A DNA stretch of 64,000 bases from Octopus vulgaris. Its lineage: Eukaryota. The notes below the pieces were generated by a model, which saw only the letters and a program-made list of their open reading frames with translations, had not been told where the DNA came from and ran no database searches. The number at the start of each line of letters is the position of its first letter. The stretch's first letter is position 1. The DNA lies in contig OX597818.1 of the NCBI GenBank assembly GCA_951406725.2, forward strand, positions 36,766,001 through 36,830,000, in the 5' to 3' direction. Below, piece by piece: positions 39,666 to 51,780 of this stretch. The position numbers were made by a program, and so were the translations under genes.

Positions 39666-39803
39666 TGATTGACCGTTATTAAGACAAAAGAGCTATTTGA
39701 AAGACCGCTAAGTGAAGAGAGGGAGTAAAAGCAAGGGGCTAAAAAAGTTCATAGTATTCGCGTAAGCACGCATGTTCATACCTACACATGTGCGCCCGAA
39801 CAC

Positions 39804-39861
<58 letters not shown>

Positions 39862-39945
39862 GACGTGTTTCTTTCCGTTTCTGTCTACCAAAATTCACTC
39901 ACAAGGCGTCACTTGACCCGAGTCTATAATAGAAAACCCTACGTA

Positions 39946-40478
39946 TCTCTATTATGCGTTTCAGCTGTGCTGCTGCACTCATGCTGGAGCAACACCGTAA
40001 CTTTGCACTCTTTCCACAGACCTCTAATGCAGTTGGTTTCTTCTGGGTGATGGAATTTCACATCACCCCTCATACATGTGAGATATTTTTCCTGGTCTTT
40101 GGCGAATTTGGTGTATGAATGAATGTGACAATGCCACCTTTGTTCTTACTTCATGCCGGGGCGTTGGTTTTAACTAGTATTGTTGACAGGAAAATTCCCA
40201 ATTCCTTTTTGAAAACATTCACTTCCACATTGTGATGGTTTCTTAATTATTTTGACAGAACATTGAAGAGGTGTGAGCCATTGTACTCTGGGCCTTACTT
40301 TGGATGGAGGAGATGGTACGTTTGTTAACATACAATAGCGTCCAGTACGGACCAAAGTAAGGTACTAGCACTTCCAGAATTTTTACATATAAATTATTAC
40401 ATATCTCTCAAGTTTTATTCCAGGGAATCAAGTTGTAGTTTTATCAGGTTCTCCCAGTAGTTCATCTGCACTGCAGTA
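39946..40478 (-). mobile_element. Degenerate 3' end of a CR1/L2-group LINE
   Basis: Minus-strand pieces MNYWENLIKLQLDSLE, LERYVIIY, KILEVLVPYFG, LRNHHNVEVNVFKKELGIFLST; ends in a SINE-A-like tail. Confidence 0.68.
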
Positions 40479-40789
40479 ATATATATGTGAGGGCGTGTGC
40501 CGATGTGTGTGTGTGTGTTTGTGTGTATGTCTGTATGTGTATGTATGTATGTATGCGTATGTATGTATGTATGTATGTATGTATGTATGTATGTATGTGT
40601 GCTCTGCGATCATTTTGACATCTGAAATGTGACACCGGTTGCACCTATATGGGTAATATCGATTTGATGGAGGGAACGAGCTTATGTCTACACAAACATT
40701 TCATCACTATAAACAAATCATTTGTGGGGCTGTTCGGTAAAAGATTGTCGAACCCTCCATACGTCGTCTAACGACAGGAAAGTCCATCA

Positions 40790-43766
40790 TATATGTATAT
40801 TTAATTATAAGATTCTATCAAAAATTAGTCTTGAATGTTTGAAAGAAATATATTTAGAAGATTGTAAATGTGATAATTCGAAGTTAGTTATAAAGAAATG
40901 TTTATACAGGAAATTTAGATATTATTAAAAATAAGGAACTAAGGGAGATTATGAGTAAAGGGACAAAACACAGAGAACACAGTTACATTAGTAAATATAA
41001 TTAAAAGAAAGTTATATTAAAAGCTATTAATGAATTCATAGTTAAATTAAGTCTCAAATATAAGGTCAAATTGGAGGAGTTCAGTAGCTGGATTAGCACA
41101 TTAACTTATATGGTAGTTAAAAATAAGTGGATGGGGAAAGATTCAGTTCTGAATAAACCACTAATTAAAGAATATATAAATGAATTACATAAAAAGTATG
41201 TAATAGTACCAGCAGATAAAGCAACTGAGAATTTTGTAGTAATTTGTAAAAATATTAGATGATGGTTGTAGGTAAATAGTTAGGAGTGGGTAGGAATTTA
41301 AGTTCATAGGTAATAATACATACAAAGTTATACGAGAAAACGCCGAGTTAGTTAATTGACTTATACTCATAGTAGCAAGTTTGAGTGGTTTAGAAATGGA
41401 AGAAAAGGATAAAAATATCCCTTGAGTTTTTTGGATTCCTAAACTACATAAAGTTCATTTTAAAATAAGATTCATAGCAGGAGCTAGTAACTGTACAAAG
41501 AAACAGCTATCTATTTTGGTTAATGATGCTTTAAAAGTTGTTAGAACATATTTTTCAAAATATTCTGATAAAATTTATAACAGTTCAGGAATTAATTATT
41601 CTTCAAATATTAGTTCAGCTAAGGAATTTCTGGGAAGATTGATCAAATGTAAGAAAGTTTAGAGTATGTATGTGCATGGTTTTTCGACACTATATACAAA
41701 CTTAAATTTTAAATATGTGGAGGATGGTATTTTGAGAATATTAAACACTATTTTAATAAGACATATAAATGTATATCTTTAAAGAATGGTAACGGTTTCT
41801 TGTCTAATTGCTGTTGTAGGGATATACTAAAAGAAAGATGAAAGAAATTATTAGTTTTATTGTTAATAATTCGTTTTATGTTTGCGTGTAGGGTGTTTCG
41901 GCAAGTTAGGGGATATCCACTGGGTGGCAATTGTAGCCCTCTGTTGATGGACCTTTATATTTCTTCATGCGAGTTCCTTTTCCTTAAAGACCTATGCGCA
42001 AGGAAAAAGATTGGTTTACTTAATGGATGCTGCAGATACATAGATGATATATTTATACCTGGAGGTGCAATGGCCCAGTGGTTAGGGCAGCGGACTCACG
42101 GTCGTAGGATCGCGGTTTCGATTCCCAGACTGGGCGTTGTGAGTGTTTATTGAGCGAAAACACCCAAAGCTCCACGCGGCTCAGGTAGGGGAGGGTGGCG
42201 AACTCTGCTGTACTCTTTCACCACGACTTTCTCTCACTCTGTCTTCCTCTTTCTGATGTACCTGTATTTCAAAGGGTCGGTCTTGTCACACTCTCTGTCA
42301 CGCTGAATCTCCCCGAGAACCACGTTAAGAGTACACGTGTCTGTGGAGTGCTCAGCCAATTGTACATTAATTTCACGAGCAAGATGTTCCGTTGATCGGA
42401 TCAACTGGAACCCACGTCGTCGTAACCGACGGAGTGCCACGATTTGTACCTAAGTATCTTTTTTTTACTCAGAAAAATATACCCCAGTGAGCTTATATCC
42501 ACTAGAAATGGTAACAATATAAGGAATATTAATTATTTATATGTCAATTTAGTAATTAAGGATAATAATGAAATATGTACTGACATTTATAGAAGAATTT
42601 TATAGAAGATTTTGGTTTCCAAGTGGCTTCCATGCCATGGATTAGTAGTAGAATTCCTTCTTTTATTGGTTATGATGTTTTGGCAAGGCAAATAGTCAGA
42701 TATAGTACTATTATTAATAATGCTAATAGATGTTTGTATAGAATAAATATGTTCTTAAGACATTTCATAAAACAAGGGTATAGATATGGTAAATTGGCTA
42801 AAACTTGTAATTGCTGCTGAAATTTTAAATAAATATGGGTTAGTAGTTAGTCTTCAACCAAGCAAATATTTGTAAAGATCTGGAATGTTTACGATTCAAA
42901 TAATTTGCTTACTACGTCACCAATATTGTTTGAGACAATTGACGAAGTAGTAATTACGTACTACGCCATCTATAGTTAAAATAATATTTTAAGTTCTAGA
43001 AGTAATGGAACCATGTCGCTTGAAAAAAACATGTAAGTGTTAATACTGTGTAGTTTTATTATCTTTTAAACAGTTTTCATTTAGCTTCAATCGTAGCAGA
43101 GTTTTATAGTAATAGTTAATTACAAGTATATTTTTATTAGTTCCTAATCAATAAATTTAATGTTTCTATTAGTTACTGGTAAGTTTACATTATAGCTTGT
43201 AAGGGTAATAAATATTAAGTGTATGTAGTGTTTTTATTATTAACTTTTGAATTATGAAATGATGTATTTCACTCATAATTATTATATTATTCATTAAATT
43301 CAAACGTGTTTTTGTTTTGGAGAGAATTGAAATAAAGCTTTAACTTTCTGTTATTATAGTAGTAACTATGGAAGACTGGTGGGATTATTATTAGTATGGG
43401 CTTAAAGATTGGCTGTTATATAGTATATAATTTAGTTATCGCAGGTTTACTTTTAATACCGATACAGATGTAGATAAATTTATATGCTTCTTGTAGTTTA
43501 ATTTTAAAGTTAGTGTTTAATCCTGTCTATATTTAGATTGAATACTGTTGTACACAGGGTAAATATGTTTGAAAGTTGTGTGTTTTGCTTTTTGGTATGT
43601 TTATTCACAACCAGTACTTCTTTTAGTGCTGTTAACACCACCGGATTGAATGGTACTGCCCAGGTGTCGAAACCACAATTATATCCGTGGGGCAGCTGAT
43701 GATGGAAGCATGTTGGATTGTTGGTATGGCTGTTTTTGTATACGTGGAATAGTGTTATAACACATC

Positions 43767-43770
<4 letters not shown>
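40790..43770 (+). mobile_element. 5'-truncated degenerate Penelope-like element (Naiad-like RT, no C-terminal endonuclease seen)
   Basis: CKC..GNLDIIKNKELREIMSKG, YVIVPADKATEN, WIPKLHK..RFIAG, FSTLYTNL, FRQVRGYPLGGNCSPLLMDLY, RYIDD, SRIPSFIGYDVLARQIVRY; many stops and frameshifts; ends at (TA)n. Confidence 0.85.
42061..42441 (+). mobile_element. SINE family C1 inserted in the PLE RT
   Basis: TSD ATTTATACCT (42051-42060) and ATTTGTACCT (42442-42451). Confidence 0.92.
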
Positions 43771-43816
<46 letters not shown>

Positions 43817-43843
43817 ATGTATGTATGTATATGTATATATATG

Positions 43844-43878
<35 letters not shown>

Positions 43879-43965
43879 TACTCTCTGTTTCTATGTGTAC
43901 TTATAATAAAAACAATGTTGCATTAAGTGACGGGTTACTCTATACTTTTGTAGAGTACAAGTTTA

Positions 43966-44075
43966 TTCTTAAACATGAATATAGTTGACAGTGACGTCGA
44001 AGTTTCGTTCAGTCGGACGATTACTTAACTATACGAAACTTCGAAATTACTGTTAACAATATTCTTGTAGAAGAA
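43966..44075. repeat. Short foldback (arms of about 43 bp)
   Basis: GAATATAGTTGACAGTGACGTCGAAGTTTCGT versus ACGAAACTTCGAAATTACTGTTAACAATATTC. Confidence 0.75.
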
Positions 44076-44814
44076 GAAAGAAAATATATATGTACGCGTA
44101 TATATATATATATATATATATATACGCATATATATATATACACACACACACACACACGCACGCACACATAAATGTATGCGTATTTATGTTACATGTATAC
44201 ATGTATGCGTCTCCTTAACCATTCATTGTTTTTCTTTTGTTTTTATGTTGCTGTTTTTTTTATTTTGGATATTTTGTTGGGGGGTTCTTTTTTGTTTGTT
44301 TTTGTTTTTGTACCACTCCAACCAGTTCAAATATTTTCCCGTTAACCCTTCGCAATTCATCGTTTCATCCCATCTGAATCATCTCTGTGAAATCCAAAGC
44401 ATTTATTTCGCCGATTCCAACAACCAGCTGTCATCCTTCATTAGTTTTTTTTTTTCATTTTGTTTTTGTTTTTTGGATTTTTTTTTTTTTACTGTGAATA
44501 CTTCTTACTTTTCTTCCTGTTATATTTCTTGCGTCGTCTTTTCGAGGATCCAACACGAGCCAGTTGAATGGGGTGAGGGGGTGTTTAAATGAGTTTGGGA
44601 CGAGGCACAGTAACAGAGTCGCAGAGTCTCAGGAAACGGAATATCGAAATATAAATGGGAACGTGCAAGTATGCATTAGCATAAGGGTTGAATGGGGGTG
44701 GATAAAAGCAGCAACAGCAGCAGTTGTAGTTGTGATGATTGTAGGAGGAGGGGAAGAGGTGAAGGTGGTGGAAATAGTGTTGGAGGAACAACAGCAGCAG
44801 CAGCAGGACGAGAG

Positions 44815-45200
44815 TGGTGGCGGTACTGGAGGTAGTAGGAGGAGGAGGAGTAAGAGGTGGTGGTGGTGGATCTGGAGGTGATGGTGGTGGTGTTGGAGGG
44901 GCAGCAACAGCACAAGGAAGAGTGGTGGCAATGGTGGTGGTGGTAGTAGTGGTAGTGGTAGTAGTAGTAGTAGTAGGAGGAGGAGGAGGTAGTGGTGGTG
45001 GAGGTGGTAGTGGTGGTGGAGGTGGTAGTGGTGGTGGAGGTGGTAGTGGTGGTGGAGGTGGTAGTGGTGGTGGAGGTGGTAGTGGTGGTGGAGGTGGTGT
45101 TGGAAGAGCAGGAGCAGCAGCCATAGTGGTGATGGTAGTGATGGTGGCAGTAGTAGTAGTAGTAGTAGTAGTAGTAGAAGAAGAAGAAGAAGAAAAAGCA
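44815..45200. repeat. GGT/GTA/GGA trinucleotide tract with an 18-bp unit GGAGGTGGTAGTGGTGGT
   Basis: Direct reading. Confidence 0.93.
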
Positions 45201-45553
45201 AGAGGAAAGGGTGGCAGAGAAGGGGTGGGAGAGATAAAGGGGACGTGAAGCAGAATCTGGAGGCTGACGAGAAAATGATAATCATTGCCATCGTTGTCGA
45301 AGTTTTCGTTATCATCGTAATCCTCATTACCACCGTCGTCATCATAATCATCATGAATACGTAAGGGCCAGCATTGAAATTCTATTCACCCTCGCCTTAT
45401 AATACCTAATATCGATGACTTAGTTTTAACCCTTACATTTGTGCGTGTATGTATCCATCTGCATTTGTATGTATATCCATGAATATATGTGTACGTGTAT
45501 CCGATATATATATATATAATTATCATATTAATTATATAATAATTATAAACATT

Positions 45554-45838
45554 GGAGGCGCAATGGCCCAGTGGTTAGGGCAGAGGACTCGCAGTGAGAA
45601 GATCGCGGTTTCGATTCCCAGACTGGGCGTTGTGTGTGTTTATTGAGCGAAAACACCTGGTGACCCCTGTTGTACTCTTTCACCCAAACTTTCTCTCACA
45701 CTTTCTTCCTGTTTCTTGGGTAACGGTGCGATGGACTGGCGTCCCGTTCAGCTGAGGGGAACACATACGCCACAGGAACCGGGAAGTCAGGCCCATGAGC
45801 CTGGATAGGCTTGAAAAGGTTGCTTAAAAAATAAATAA
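45554..45838 (+). mobile_element. SINE family C2
   Basis: tRNA-like head, C2 tail; TSD TTATAAACATT and TTATAAATATT. Confidence 0.88.
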
Positions 45839-45872
45839 AGTTATAAATATTTTAGTCTCTTATTTTTCTTTA

Positions 45873-46793
45873 TCTACTACATATGTGGAAATCTGTGACT
45901 ATGTTTGTTTGTGGCGTTATTATCTAACTCCTCCTACAACGTTTTATCGATTTTGATGAAACTTGACATGTGAGTAGAACTCATGTCTGGAAAACTAGCG
46001 ACATACTTACATTGTTGAAAAGAATCGATAATAGGGCACCTGGGAGGGATTCTTATATCTACTACATATAACTAATATATTATATTTAAACATCCAAGGG
46101 AAATAACCCATTCGCTCCTGAAAGAGATCATTATATATAGCCAAGGGAAATAGCTGCTTTGTGACCTTAAATTACTTCGTAGAAATCAAATTCAGTGGGC
46201 ATATTTCTTAGTAATTGAACTATTTGAGTTATTTTCGCAATTTCTCCAGTACAGAGCTAAAACAAGTAAATAGTATTTTCCTAAACAATAGATCCACTTA
46301 TTTCAGTTAGTGAATTATTCAAATATACCAACACTAGCGCCGTTAAGGGTAATATTCTCTGCGACCGCACAGAAGCGTTTTTTCAGAGTTATTTACTTCA
46401 ATTGTTATATCTCATATCTGATTAGCCTGTTATTACGTAATATGCTTCACAATTTTAGTATACATACCTTATTAGTATTTCCTCCTATGTTCTATATATT
46501 CGGAGAACGTATTAAAGTCCTTTCCGAGGCTACTTTATTTGAATTCTTACTATCGAGTAATTAATTTCATGTTTTTAGATAACTTACTTCACAATTTGGG
46601 TATTCATAACATATTAGGAATTCTTAAAAACAAGATCCTGTGTAAGACAGTTCGGTATTCTCAATAAATGTACAAAAACCGTTTTAAGGGCTACATACTT
46701 TGTATTGTTGTTACTGGATTAGCAAAACAATTATGAGAGCGGAACCAAGGGATAAACCCCGCTTTCCCAGGAATTACCGGGCACGTCATCTAG
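45873..46793 (+). mobile_element. Non-autonomous Helitron-like element
   Basis: A|TC start (TCTACTACATAT), ATCGATTTTGATGAAACTT subterminal motif, 3' imperfect hairpin CCCAGGAATTACCGGG followed 8 nt later by CTAG. Confidence 0.62.
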
Positions 46794-46873
46794 CACTTCC
46801 TAAATCCATCATTTTCCCAAATAACTCCTTATATTGAACTTTACTATTTGCCTGTAATTAAATCTCTCATATC

Positions 46874-46921
46874 GTCTCTGATAAAGAGATATCCCTAACA
46901 TCCCAGAAACAGCTTTAAGAC
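46874..46921 (+). ncRNA. Degenerate hammerhead-like motif related to the 2173 copy
   Basis: GTCT CTGATAA AGAGATATCCCTAACATCCCA GAAA CAGCTT TA AGAC; G8 replaced by A; island ends at (TA)n. Confidence 0.5.
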
Positions 46922-46991
46922 TAACTTCCTCTTTATAAATGTCCTACACATTCCACACAGTATTGGCTTTGTTGTCTGATTTTATTTTAAC

Positions 46992-47041
<50 letters not shown>

Positions 47042-47223
47042 GCACACACACAACAGGCTTCTTTCAGTTTCCGTGTACCAATCTATTCAAGGCTTTGGTC
47101 GGCCCGAGACTATAGTTGAAGACACCTGCCTCTATGCCACAGAGTGGAACCAGTGTTGGTTGACAAGCAAAACTTCCTACCACACACAAGCAAACTTATC
47201 TACACACATACACACACCGACAT

Positions 47224-47270
<47 letters not shown>

Positions 47271-47339
47271 ATGTTACATTACTCGGTAGTCAAATATATA
47301 TATATATATATATTATGATATATATATATATATATCGCA

Positions 47340-48608
47340 TTTTTCGTCATAAAAATTATATAAAAATACATAAAAATATATAAAAATATATAAAAATATA
47401 TAAAATCTTCTTGACATAACACAGAAAGCATGTTCTATCCGTTTTCTTTAGGGGACCAAAAACGTAACAGAAATTTAGTCACATGTGGGCATGATCTGAA
47501 AAGCTCTGTCCTTGTATTTAGACATGTGGTAGGGTCTAAGCTGCTTTTCCAGATAAGCCATCTCTCCATGTCGCATAAACCGCACCTGTCCGCTGCCGTT
47601 AGTGTAGGGCTTACATCTGTCAAAATCTTCCATTGTATTTATAATCGACACCTTTATCTCTTAAAGACCAAATATGATTGGATAAATTGTGTCGTTTTCT
47701 TTTGATTCCAGTGCCTAAGCTCAAAGTGTGGTTATTGAACCTGGCCTTGAAATTACCCTCTGTCAGGCCCACGTATTTCTTCGTCGAAACGGTGTCTTTA
47801 GTGGTTATAGAGTTTACGGTAGCTTCATATATGATGGTCTTGGACATGCAAGCTCCATTTAGCAGTAACAATTCTTTATTCCTGCATGAACAGCTGTTTT
47901 TTCTTGTGTTTTTTGTATGTTAATTGATTATGTTTTTAAAATTGGTAGTTGAACTAAAACTAATTTTTAAATTGTGTCTATTGAAGAGTTTCCTATAAGC
48001 ATGAAGTTAACTGGAAAATGTCTATCTATCAGTGCTAGGAAATATTTACCTATATTGAAGGCCACCTCGGGTGAGTAAACCAGATGACCTTCCTATTTCT
48101 ATTATTCCTTTTCATTACTGTTGGGATGGTGATAGGTGTATATTTTATTTTTCGCTAAAAACCACTATCTTTTAAAGCTTTATTATAAACTGGGGCAACG
48201 CTATTGAAGATGTCCTCATTAGATGAGAGGAGAAATCCTCTTACTAATATTTTTAACTAAATTTTTGAATACTATAGGGGGATGGCATGAACCTACATTA
48301 ATATAACTTAGTCTATCATTGGGCTTCCTATAAGGTTTATAAATATTATTATTAAGATCTAAGGAAACGTCTAAGAAATTGACAACCGTCAGGTTAGTGT
48401 CTATAGTTATACTAAGTCCGAAGTGTTTCATTAACTGGATAATATCCTTCCTAAAACGATCTTGTGCTGGTCCATTTGTATTAGCTGTTAAGGCGAGGGC
48501 ATCATCTTTGTAGATGGCGAAATGTACGTTAGGGAATGTCTTACTGAAGGTATCTAGGAGAAAGAGTCCAATTAGATCACAGATGCCTGCCCCATCATAT
48601 GAACCCAT
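47340..48608 (-). mobile_element. Penelope-like element, left (inverted) copy: RT C-terminal half plus GIY-YIG, frameshifted
   Basis: MGSYDGAGICDLIGLFLL..YKDD..VNFLDVSLDL; IIYEATV..KYVGLTEGNFKARFNNH. Confidence 0.92.
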
Positions 48609-48646
48609 GCTCAAAAAAGATATTGATCATATAAAAAGCTCCAAGC

Positions 48647-50115
48647 GTAAGACATTCCCTAACGTACATTTCGCCATCTACAAAGATGATGCCCTCGCCT
48701 TAACAGCTAATACAAATGGACCAGCACAAGATCGTTTTAGGAAGGATATTATCCAGTTAATGAAACACTTCGGACTTAGTATAACTATAGACACTAACCT
48801 GACGGTTGTCAATTTCTTAGACGTTTCCTTAGATCTTAATAATAATATTTATAAACCTTATAGGAAGCCCAATGATAGACTAAGTTATATTAATGTAGGT
48901 TCATGCCATCCCCCTATAGTATTCAAAAATTTAGTTAAAAATATTAGTAAGAGGATTTCTAGCCTCTCATCTAATGAGGACATCTTCAATAGCGTTGCCC
49001 TAGTTTATAATAAAGCTTTAAAAGATAGTGGTTTTAGCGAAAAAATAAAATATACACCTATCACCATCCCAACAGTAAGGAAAAGGAATAATAGAAATAG
49101 GAAGGTCATCTGGTTTACTCACCCGAGGTGGCCTTCAATATAGGTAAATATTTCCTAGCACTGATAGATAGACATTTTCCAGTTAACCATGCTTATAGGA
49201 AACTCTTCAATAGACACAATTTAAAAATTAGTTTTAGTTCAACTACCAATTTTAAAAACATAATCAATCATAACATACAAAAAACACAAGAAGAAAACAG
49301 CTGTTCATGCAGGAATAAAGAATTGTGCCCGCTAAATGGAGCTTGCATGTCCAAGACCATCATATATGAAGCTACCGTAAACTCTATAACCACTAAAGAC
49401 ACCGTTTCGACGAAGAAATACGTGGGCCTGACAGAGGGTAATTTCAAGGCCAGGTTCAATAACCACACTTTGAGCTTTAGGCACTGGAACAAAAGAAAAG
49501 CGACACAATTATCCAATTATATTTGGTCTTTAAGAGATAAAGGTGTCGATTATAACATACAATGGAAGATTTTGGCCAGATGTAAGCCCTACACTAACGG
49601 CAGCGGAAGGTGCGGTTTATGCGACATGGAGAGATGGCTTATCTGGAAAAGCAGCTTAGACCCTACCACATGTCTAAATACAAGGACAGAGCTTTTCGGA
49701 TCATGCCCACATGTGACTAAATTTCTGTTACGTTTTTGGTCCCCTAAAGAAAACGGATAGAACATGCTTTCTGTGTTATGTCCCAAGAAGATTTTATATA
49801 TTTTTATATATTTTTATATATTTTTATGTATTTTTATATAATTTTTATGACGAAAAATGTGAGCGATGTATAAGTACGCAGGCAAAGCAGAGTTATAACA
49901 GAGTAATTTCCCTTCATTTTTAACGGTATTTTTTCATAACGTTTTCAAATAGCCAGATAACCGAAGAGATGGTGTTGTGGATTTCCACTTCGGCATCTGA
50001 AACTCAGAGTTTTATCTTGACTACCGAGTAATGTAACATATTGTATAGATAAATTTCCTCTATTTACATAATATTGAGGTCTCTTTCTTTCTTTTGTTAT
50101 CTTACCGTTTTATCA
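48647..50115 (+). mobile_element. Penelope-like element, right copy: RT C-terminal part, GIY-YIG endonuclease, 3' terminus with hammerhead
   Basis: ORFs 48514-49143 and 49128-49760 (one frameshift): YKDD, FLDV, YRKP, HPP, CSC..CPLNGAC, IIY..YVG, CGLC, LNTRTE. Confidence 0.93.
49950..50023 (+). ncRNA. Type-I hammerhead motif in the PLE 3' terminus (U4C variant)
   Basis: TAGCCAGATAA CCGAAGA GATG..GTGGATTTCCAC..CATC T GAAA CTCAGAG TT TTATCTTGACTA. Confidence 0.62.
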
Positions 50116-50324
50116 ATATATATATATATATATATATTTATTTATATACGTACTTATGAGTATGTATATATATAGATCATGGATAATGCATCCCAAAACT
50201 GTCAAAAACATGGTGATAAAGTATATTTTTTGCAAAAATATTTGTAATATTCCACGTTTGTGTGTATGTATCTGTGTGTGTATGTGTGTTGTATATGCTT
50301 ACATAATGTATTCAAATACATATG

Positions 50325-50356
<32 letters not shown>

Positions 50357-50548
50357 AATAAGACAAAGTAGAAAATGCTAAAATAATTTTATCACGAAGT
50401 ACATTTTGGCACCGGTTTCCGACTTTTAGACTTTTTCAACAAAGAGTAGAATAAGAAAAACAAATTGGAGAAAAAAAATTAAATGAAATGTTTTGTAGGT
50501 ATTTCCATAGTCTTCAGATAGTCTGTTTCTCGCTCTATTCCTTTGTGA

Positions 50549-50584
<36 letters not shown>

Positions 50585-50661
50585 CAAAATGTGACCGCGT
50601 GTGTACCGTTGGCGATTTTTTTTCGTCTGTCTTCCCTTCTCTGGATCTTTCCTTCTCCTAT

Positions 50662-50696
50662 GTTTCCGACGAAGAGCTCCGCTCGAAACGTTAAAC
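50662..50696 (+). ncRNA. Minimal hammerhead-like motif in a PLE-terminus-like island (about 50582-50798)
   Basis: GTTT CCGACGA A GAGC TCC GCTC GAAA CG TT AAAC. Confidence 0.55.
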
Positions 50697-50798
50697 CCTC
50701 TTTCTTTCCTTCTTTCCTGAGCGTCCAATAATACTATATTTGTTCCACGTCCTCGCGTTGTTGTGTTTTTTTTTGTGCTTTCTTGTTTGGATTAACTT

Positions 50799-50853
<55 letters not shown>

Positions 50854-50877
50854 TATAAGTATGTATATATATAAATA

Positions 50878-50920
<43 letters not shown>

Positions 50921-50921
50921 G

Positions 50922-50959
<38 letters not shown>

Positions 50960-51006
50960 AGATGTATATATATATAAATAGACATATATATATATATATA
51001 TACATA

Positions 51007-51069
<63 letters not shown>

Positions 51070-51376
51070 GTCTAATATCATCTGATACAAAAATATGCCT
51101 TCTGGCTCTTATAAGAAGGAAATGTAGCACAATGATGATTTCATCTAATAAAAATAAAAATTATTTTAACTAATAAAAGAACATTTTGACTAATAATTGT
51201 GAGGTCAGCATTGCCCAAACTGGATATAGGTAAGGTATATGTGTCATAGAAAGAAATAAAAAGAAAAGACTCGGAAAGAAGAATATGATGAAGAAAACAG
51301 ATAACAAAGTTATATAAATATTTGATATATTTTGGTAACTGAGGGATTTTGAAACGTAGCATAGAATGACTGTTTA

Positions 51377-51433
51377 TGGTGATGATGATGGTGGTGGTGG
51401 TGGTGGTGAAGACGATGATTGTGGTGGTGGTGG

Positions 51434-51467
<34 letters not shown>

Positions 51468-51724
51468 GGTGGTGGTGGTGACGATGATTGTGGTGGTGAT
51501 GGTGACGATGATTGTGGTGGTGGTGGTGATGACGATGATTGTGGTGGTGGTGATGATGATGATGATGGTGGTGGTGGTGATGACGATGATGGTGGTGGTG
51601 GTGATGACGATGATTGTGGTGGTGGCGGTGATGATGATGGTGGTGGTGGAGGTGCTGGTGGTGGTGGTGATGACGATAATTGTGGTGGTGGTGACGATGG
51701 TGGTGGTGGTGATGATGATGATGG

Positions 51725-51755
<31 letters not shown>

Positions 51756-51780
51756 GGTGGTGATGATGACGATGATGATG
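51377..51780. repeat. Higher-order (GGT)n/(GAT)n trinucleotide mosaic
   Basis: Recurring GATGACGATGATTGTGGTGGT units. Confidence 0.93.

Noticed and set aside
43655-43715. Possible hammerhead at the 3' end of the Naiad-like PLE (GAAA..CTGATGA)
   Set aside because: No UH cleavage triplet or closing stem II in a valid order; at most a truncated remnant
44564-45354. Gly/Ser-linker-like, poly-Pro and poly-His ORFs
   Set aside because: Trinucleotide tract open in several frames on both strands; no supported splice structure
48514-48646. N-terminus of the 209-aa ORF as a real protein start
   Set aside because: It is the antisense of the left-arm RT running across the inversion axis
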